A stretch of DNA of 64,000 bases, from the NCBI GenBank assembly GCA_048248475.1, contig DBFBEA010000094.1:12471-76470 (forward strand). The letters are read 5' to 3'. Both the position numbers and the translations under genes were made by a program. Below the pieces are notes generated by a model, which was given only the letters and a program-made list of their open reading frames with translations, was not told the origin of the DNA and ran no database searches. Shown piece after piece: positions 59,075 to 64,000 of the stretch. The DNA comes from Collinsella sp. (GTDB lineage Bacteria; Actinomycetota; Coriobacteriia; Coriobacteriales; Coriobacteriaceae). The first letter of the stretch is position 1, and every line of letters begins with the position of its first letter.

Positions 59075-60940
59075 CTACTTCGTGTGCGGGATACCCAGCA
59101 CGTCGAGCGCGTTGGCCATAATGGACTGGAACGGCACCGCAGCGGCATCTGAGCCGCTCGGCGTTCCGTCGAGCGTGATATAGCACAGCACCTTGGGCGA
59201 TTGTGCCGGTGCAAAGCCCATAAAGGACGACATGTAGTTCTCCTTGAGGTAGCCGCCGTTCTCGTCGGCACGTTCGGCCGTACCGGTCTTACCCGCCACG
59301 TCATAGCCGTCAACCGCGCCGCCAACGCCCGTTCCCTCGGACACGACCGTCTGCATGCACGATGTCACCTGGGATGCGGCGTCCTCCGAAATCGCGCGCT
59401 CGCCTTCGCCCCAGTCCTTCTCGTCGCCTTTGCTGGACTTATAGAAGTGCGGTGTCATCATCACGCCGCCGTTGGCGATGCCGCCCACGGCACGTGCGAT
59501 CTCAATCGGCGAGACGGACAGTGCCTGTCCAAAGCTCATCGAGCCCAGCGTGGCGCCGTCATACTGGTCACGCTCCTTGACGATGCCCAGGCTCTCGCCC
59601 GGAAAATCGACACCCGAGCTGTGACCGATGCCCCACTTGTCCACATAGGCGGCAAAGTCGTCGGCACCGATCTTGCGCCCCACCAGGACAAAGCCCACGT
59701 TGGACGAACGGCGCATCATCTCGCGCACATCCATGGTCATGGCGTAGTCGCGCTTGTCGGCATCGGTGACGGTATCGTCGCCCACCTTGATGCTCGCCGG
59801 CACCTCAAACGACGTACTCGATCGCACGACGCCCAAGTCGAAGCCGGCGCCTGCCACGAGCGTCTTAAAGACCGAGCCGGGCTCGTAGGCGTCGGTGACC
59901 AGGCGCAGATTCATATCCTCGGTCTTGGCATTCTCCAGATCGGTCTGGTCGTAGGTCGGGTACGAGCAGGCTGCCAAAATCTCGCCTGTCGTAGGATCGG
60001 TGACCAGCGCCGAGCCGTTCTTGGCCTTAGTCTTCTCAACTGCCTCTGCCAGGGCATCCTCGGCCGCACGCTGGATATTGACGTCGAGCGTCGTCACGAT
60101 ATCAACGCCGTCGACCGCAGCCACCTTTTTATAGGCACCGCCCGCGATATAGCTGCCGTCCCTCGCGCGCTCGCGTACGAGGGAACCGTTCGTGCCGGTC
60201 AGAAGCTTGTTGTATTGCTTTTCGAGACCCGTCAAGCCGTCGTTGTCTACATTCACTACACCCAGCACCTGCGATGCCAGATTGCCGTATGGATATACGC
60301 GCTTCATGGCCTGCTCAAAAAGCACGCCGGGCAGGTTCTTCTTCTCCAGCGCCGCAACATCGTCTTCGTCCACCTGGCGCTTGATATACACCCAGGTTCC
60401 ATCGGACTCAACGAGCTTGCGGCAGGTCTTTTTATCGATTCCAGTTGCCTTGACCAGCGCCGACACCGTCTTGTCAACATCCTCGACAAGCTGCGGGTTC
60501 ACGGCGATGTTGCGACATTCGACCGACGACGCCAACACGTTGCCGTTGCGGTCGTAGATGGTGCCGCGTTTGGCATAGAGGGTCTGCGCAAGCAGGCGGC
60601 GCGCATCGGCACGCTCGCGCAGTTTATCGGCTTCGACAATTTGATAGTCGGCAAGGCGAAAGACGCCCAAGCCCAAGCCAAGCCCGATGAAGCCCATGAC
60701 GGCTTTGCGGCGAGGCAGAGGTGCGCCTGTGAGCCATTCGGTCGACGAACTCTTGCGCGACCCGGTGTTATGCACTTGAGGGCCGCCCGAGCCGCGAAGT
60801 CGCGACGCCGGGTCGTTGCCACGGGACTGCCCGGCGTTGTAAGATTGCCGACCCGTTCCTTGATAACCAGAACGTCCCCGCGACGAGGGACGTCCAGAAC
60901 CGCGGCCCCCATCGGAACCGCGGCGATAGTCATTTGTCAT
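59075..60940 (-). CDS. ftsI: Class B penicillin-binding protein FtsI
   Basis: Motifs RGTIYDRNG, EPGSVFK (SxxK), SSN and GKTGT. Confidence 0.93.
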   Translation of the reverse strand: MTNDYRRGSDGGRGSGRPSSRGRSGYQGTGRQSYNAGQSRGNDPASRLRGSGGPQVHNTGSRKSSSTEWLTGAPLPRRKAVMGFIGLGLGLGVFRLADYQIVEADKLRERADARRLLAQTLYAKRGTIYDRNGNVLASSVECRNIAVNPQLVEDVDKTVSALVKATGIDKKTCRKLVESDGTWVYIKRQVDEDDVAALEKKNLPGVLFEQAMKRVYPYGNLASQVLGVVNVDNDGLTGLEKQYNKLLTGTNGSLVRERARDGSYIAGGAYKKVAAVDGVDIVTTLDVNIQRAAEDALAEAVEKTKAKNGSALVTDPTTGEILAACSYPTYDQTDLENAKTEDMNLRLVTDAYEPGSVFKTLVAGAGFDLGVVRSSTSFEVPASIKVGDDTVTDADKRDYAMTMDVREMMRRSSNVGFVLVGRKIGADDFAAYVDKWGIGHSSGVDFPGESLGIVKERDQYDGATLGSMSFGQALSVSPIEIARAVGGIANGGVMMTPHFYKSSKGDEKDWGEGERAISEDAASQVTSCMQTVVSEGTGVGGAVDGYDVAGKTGTAERADENGGYLKENYMSSFMGFAPAQSPKVLCYITLDGTPSGSDAAAVPFQSIMANALDVLGIPHTK

Positions 60941-60957
60941 ACTCAGCTACCGTCTTG

Positions 60958-61428
60958 CTACTGAGCGGTCGCGGTCGCGTTGGCGCCCGCGGCTGCATCC
61001 TGCGAAAAGTCAAGTGTAACGCTCTCGCTGGGCTCCACCATGCCATAAGCGCCCGCAAGGTCGCGAATGCGCGTGTCGGCGCCATAGACCGAATGCATGA
61101 CCTCCAGGTCGGAGCTCTCATCGGTCGCCTTTTCGAGCGTGCTGGTAAGCTCGGCGTTGCTGTTGAGCACCTGGGCCGTAACGCCGGCGAGCGCCACGCG
61201 GGCGACGCCGATCGTCATGAAGATAGCCGCAATGATGCAAAACGTTTTAAGAACGCTCATGAAAACCGGGCTTACCGCCTGGTTTGCCTGACGGCCCGCG
61301 CCCGTGTAGACATCAAAGCGCGGCGCGCGCTGCTCACGGGGAGCAACGGGGGCCTGCGGCGTCTCACGATAGGCGGGCATGGCGTTCATATCATAGGCGA
61401 GTGCTGCGCTTGAAGTGTTGTAGCCCAT
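60958..61428 (-). CDS. FtsL-like cell division protein
   Basis: Single TM segment plus a coiled coil. Position between rsmH and ftsI. Confidence 0.7.
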   Translation of the reverse strand: MGYNTSSAALAYDMNAMPAYRETPQAPVAPREQRAPRFDVYTGAGRQANQAVSPVFMSVLKTFCIIAAIFMTIGVARVALAGVTAQVLNSNAELTSTLEKATDESSDLEVMHSVYGADTRIRDLAGAYGMVEPSESVTLDFSQDAAAGANATATAQ

Positions 61429-61518
61429 GATATGCCGCCTCCCATCCCGAGTACGTTGGTAGTGTGTTTAAGCTTCGTTTATGGTGCGAGCGGGAGGTCC
61501 AATATCGCGCGGTCGCGC

Positions 61519-62469
61519 CTACAGACGCTGCGCCACGCGGATTTTGGCTGATCTCGCCCGAGGGTTGCGCTCAACCTCATCAGGCTGGGCAACCAAGGGT
61601 TTGCGGGTGATGACCTTGAGTATCGGCACGTTGCCGCACACGCACACCGGAATCTCCGGCGGACACGTGCACCCCTGGCTCATCTCCTTAAAGTGGTTCT
61701 TTACGATACGGTCCTCGAGCGAGTGATACGAGATGACGCAGATACGTCCGCCCGGGTTGAGCCACCTGGTGGCGGCATCAAGCCCTCGTTCGAGCACATC
61801 GAGCTCGTGATTGACCTCGATGCGAATGGCCTGGAAACTTTTCTTGGCCGGGTGTCCGCCATGCCGACGAGCGGCAGCCGGGATACCCGCCTTGATGATC
61901 TCGACAAATTGGCCGGTGGTTTCGATCGGTTCTTGCTCGCGGCGGCGCACAATCTCGCGCGCGATCTGCGAGGCGAACTTCTCTTCGCCGTAGACGCGTA
62001 GAATCCGGGCGAGGTCGTGTTCGTTATAGGTGTTGATGACCTCAGCTGCGTTTAAGGTGTTATTACCCGGATCCATCCGCATGTCCAATGGGGCGTCCTC
62101 GTTATACGAAAAGCCCCTGCCAGGGATATCGAGTTGCGGTGACGAAACGCCCAAATCGAACAGGAAGCCATCGACCCCGGGCACCTCGGCCGAGCAAAGC
62201 AGCTCGTCCAAGTCGCCGAAGTTGCCCTTCAGCAGCTGGTGCGGAACGCCGGGAACCTCGCGGTCCAGACGGGCGCCAGCGGCCTCGAGGGCCATGTCGT
62301 CCTGATCGACGCCGAGCAAAAGGCCCGTCTCCCCCACCTGCGCGGCCATCTTTACCGAATGGCCGGCACCGCCAAGGGTGCAATCGCAGACAACGGAGCC
62401 GCTCTTTAGCCGCAGCGACTCAAGCACTTCGCCGAGCATGACAGGTTCATGCCGATATTCTTGTGTCAA
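61519..62469 (-). CDS. rsmH: 16S rRNA m4C1402 methyltransferase
   Basis: Motifs HEPVM, DCTLGGAGHS, DLGVSSPQLD, ISYHSLEDR and NPRARSAK. Confidence 0.96.
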   Translation of the reverse strand: MTQEYRHEPVMLGEVLESLRLKSGSVVCDCTLGGAGHSVKMAAQVGETGLLLGVDQDDMALEAAGARLDREVPGVPHQLLKGNFGDLDELLCSAEVPGVDGFLFDLGVSSPQLDIPGRGFSYNEDAPLDMRMDPGNNTLNAAEVINTYNEHDLARILRVYGEEKFASQIAREIVRRREQEPIETTGQFVEIIKAGIPAAARRHGGHPAKKSFQAIRIEVNHELDVLERGLDAATRWLNPGGRICVISYHSLEDRIVKNHFKEMSQGCTCPPEIPVCVCGNVPILKVITRKPLVAQPDEVERNPRARSAKIRVAQRL

Positions 62470-62504
62470 GATCCCACGCTCCATCCGTTACCCGTGCCTT
62501 GCCC

Positions 62505-62939
62505 TTACGAGAAGAAGAGGTCCAGCAGGGCCTCATCGTCATCGTCCTCATCGGCCGCGGCGCGATCCCAAACCTCAAGGTGGTCGTAGTTGCCCACAAC
62601 CGTGACCTCGCGGTCGAGGTTCGCCTGCTTGCGGAGAGACTCGGAAAGACCGATACGACCGGCGCTGTCCACGTCCATCGACGTGGTGCGCTTGTTGATC
62701 GCCCTCATGAGCTTCTGGTCATTAATGTCACGCGGGTTAAAACCCTCGTGGCCCTCACGACCCGCGAAGAGTCCTTCGACCCACTTATCGAAGGCCTCGG
62801 CAGAGAACACGTACAGAGCATCGACATCCAGGGCTTTGAACACGCGAACGTGCTCTCCAAGCTCCTCGCGAAGGGGTGCAGGCAGGGACAGACGACCTTT
62901 TGCATCGAGATTGCGCTCGTATGCACCAGTCATTCCCAT
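62505..62939 (-). CDS. mraZ: Transcriptional regulator MraZ
   Basis: Two DxxGR repeats (DAKGR, DSAGR) and LEVW. Confidence 0.93.
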   Translation of the reverse strand: MGMTGAYERNLDAKGRLSLPAPLREELGEHVRVFKALDVDALYVFSAEAFDKWVEGLFAGREGHEGFNPRDINDQKLMRAINKRTTSMDVDSAGRIGLSESLRKQANLDREVTVVGNYDHLEVWDRAAADEDDDDEALLDLFFS

Positions 62940-63043
62940 GTGCGCCCTCCCCTCGGTTACTCAGATGGCACGTACGCGGGGAACCACCCCGCCTGTCGAC
63001 GTCATTAATAATATGGGGAACCGCCCCATTTTTCAACACCTTT

Positions 63044-63084
63044 CCCCACCCCTTCCCCCACTCCGCCCCACCACTCCACCCACC
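63044..63084 (-). promoter_or_regulatory. MraZ-binding direct repeats
   Basis: GTGG(G/A)G repeated at roughly 10-nt spacing on the minus strand upstream of mraZ. Confidence 0.75.
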
Positions 63085-63303
63085 ATATATCGCAAAACAC
63101 CCCAAGCATATGTTCGAAAACACAATATGTTGTGTTTACAGCAACGGCGGGATGCCACCTGTGGCACCCCGCCGTTCAACCTCAACCTTCAAGTTGACCT
63201 TGAGGCGATTTTTGCGTCCCTTTACATGCCGTTCACGTCGCCCCCAAACTCCCCCACCCAAGGCACATGCGGCCCACCACCGCGACGCCAAGTGGCGAAA
63301 AAT

Positions 63304-63367
63304 GGGACGGGCCCCAGATTGCCCATGCGCGCGCAAAAGCACGCCGCGGCAATCTGGAGCCCGTCCC
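63304..63367. repeat. Inverted repeat (20-bp arms) downstream of xerD
   Basis: GGGACGGGCCCCAGATTGCC ... GGCAATCTGGAGCCCGTCCC. Confidence 0.7.
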
Positions 63368-63400
63368 CAAATACCTATAAATATGCAGGTCAGCGATGTG

Positions 63401-64000
63401 TTAACGATGTGCCAGCGGGTGCGCCGCCAGATAGACCTCGGTCAGTTGCGTACGATCGACATGCGTGTAGACCTGCGTGGTCGATATATCGGCATGTCCC
63501 AAGATCTCCTGTAGCACACGGAGGTCTGCGCCGCCCGCAAGCATATGGGTGGCAAAGGAGTGACGCAGCGTATGGGGATGGAGCCCCACCAGTCCCACCT
63601 GGCGCCCGTAGCGCTCACAGATGGCATGGATGCCCTGGCGCGACAGACGGCGGCCGTTCTTATTTAAAAAGACCGCCGAGGTCTCGGTTCCGCGGGCATG
63701 GGCCGCCAAGCGAGAACGCCCCTCAGTTACATAAAGCGTCAGAGCTCGCGCCGCGCTTCCTACCAGCGGGGACAGGCGTTCCTTTGAGCCCTTACCGCGA
63801 ACGAGCACAAAGCCATCGTCGATATGGATATCGCCCACATCGAGCCCCACCAACTCGCTCACACGCAAACCGCATCCGTAGAGCACTTCCAAGATGGCAT
63901 GGTCGCGCAAGCCCATCTCGCCCTCGGGGAAGTCTTGATCGAGCAGCGCCGAGACATCCTCCACCGATAGATACTCCGGCAAACGCTCAGCCTTTTTAGG
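63401..64000 (-). CDS. xerD: Chromosomal tyrosine recombinase XerD (5' part outside the window)
   Basis: Motifs LEVLYGCGLRVSE, GKGSKER, HPHTLRHSFATHML, QEILGHADIS and TTQVYTHV. Confidence 0.88.
   Translation of the reverse strand, partial: PKKAERLPEYLSVEDVSALLDQDFPEGEMGLRDHAILEVLYGCGLRVSELVGLDVGDIHIDDGFVLVRGKGSKERLSPLVGSAARALTLYVTEGRSRLAAHARGTETSAVFLNKNGRRLSRQGIHAICERYGRQVGLVGLHPHTLRHSFATHMLAGGADLRVLQEILGHADISTTQVYTHVDRTQLTEVYLAAHPLAHR

Noticed and set aside
63401..64000. Tyrosine recombinase as a phage or ICE integrase
   Set aside because: The motifs (GKGSKER, HTLRHSFATH, TTQVYTHV) and the core-genome context fit chromosomal XerD.

Overview
This GC-rich chromosomal window is mostly housekeeping. 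Gene content and order suggest Coriobacteriia, Collinsella-like (inference). In order it holds: modABC-mog-moeA (molybdate uptake and Moco), a CLC-F type fluoride exporter, a DAGK-family kinase, arfB, xpt, an MFS transporter, metY, yigZ, rnpB, rpsA, a cysteine desulfidase-like enzyme, rpiB, ndk, argG/argH, polA, an M18 aminopeptidase, yaaA, a TPP riboswitch with thiC and thiD, a PARG-like macrodomain protein, pit and DUF47, a nitroreductase, and the dcw/ylm division cluster (mraZ to divIVA, no murE) with pstSCAB-phoU inserted in it. A partial xerD ends the window. No transposase, prophage or cas gene is visible. The most interesting signals are non-coding or too short for the ORF track. (1) A 24-codon Arg/CGA-rich leader peptide with competing hairpins sits upstream of argG and is a candidate arginine attenuator. 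(2) Several palindromic intergenic elements occur, including three dispersed copies of exactly 65 bp and a 40-bp-period alternating inverted-repeat array. (3) One-sided, strand-specific T-for-C skew flanks the long palindromes. (4) A small gene has a LexA box. (5) yggT lacks a canonical start codon at the expected position.
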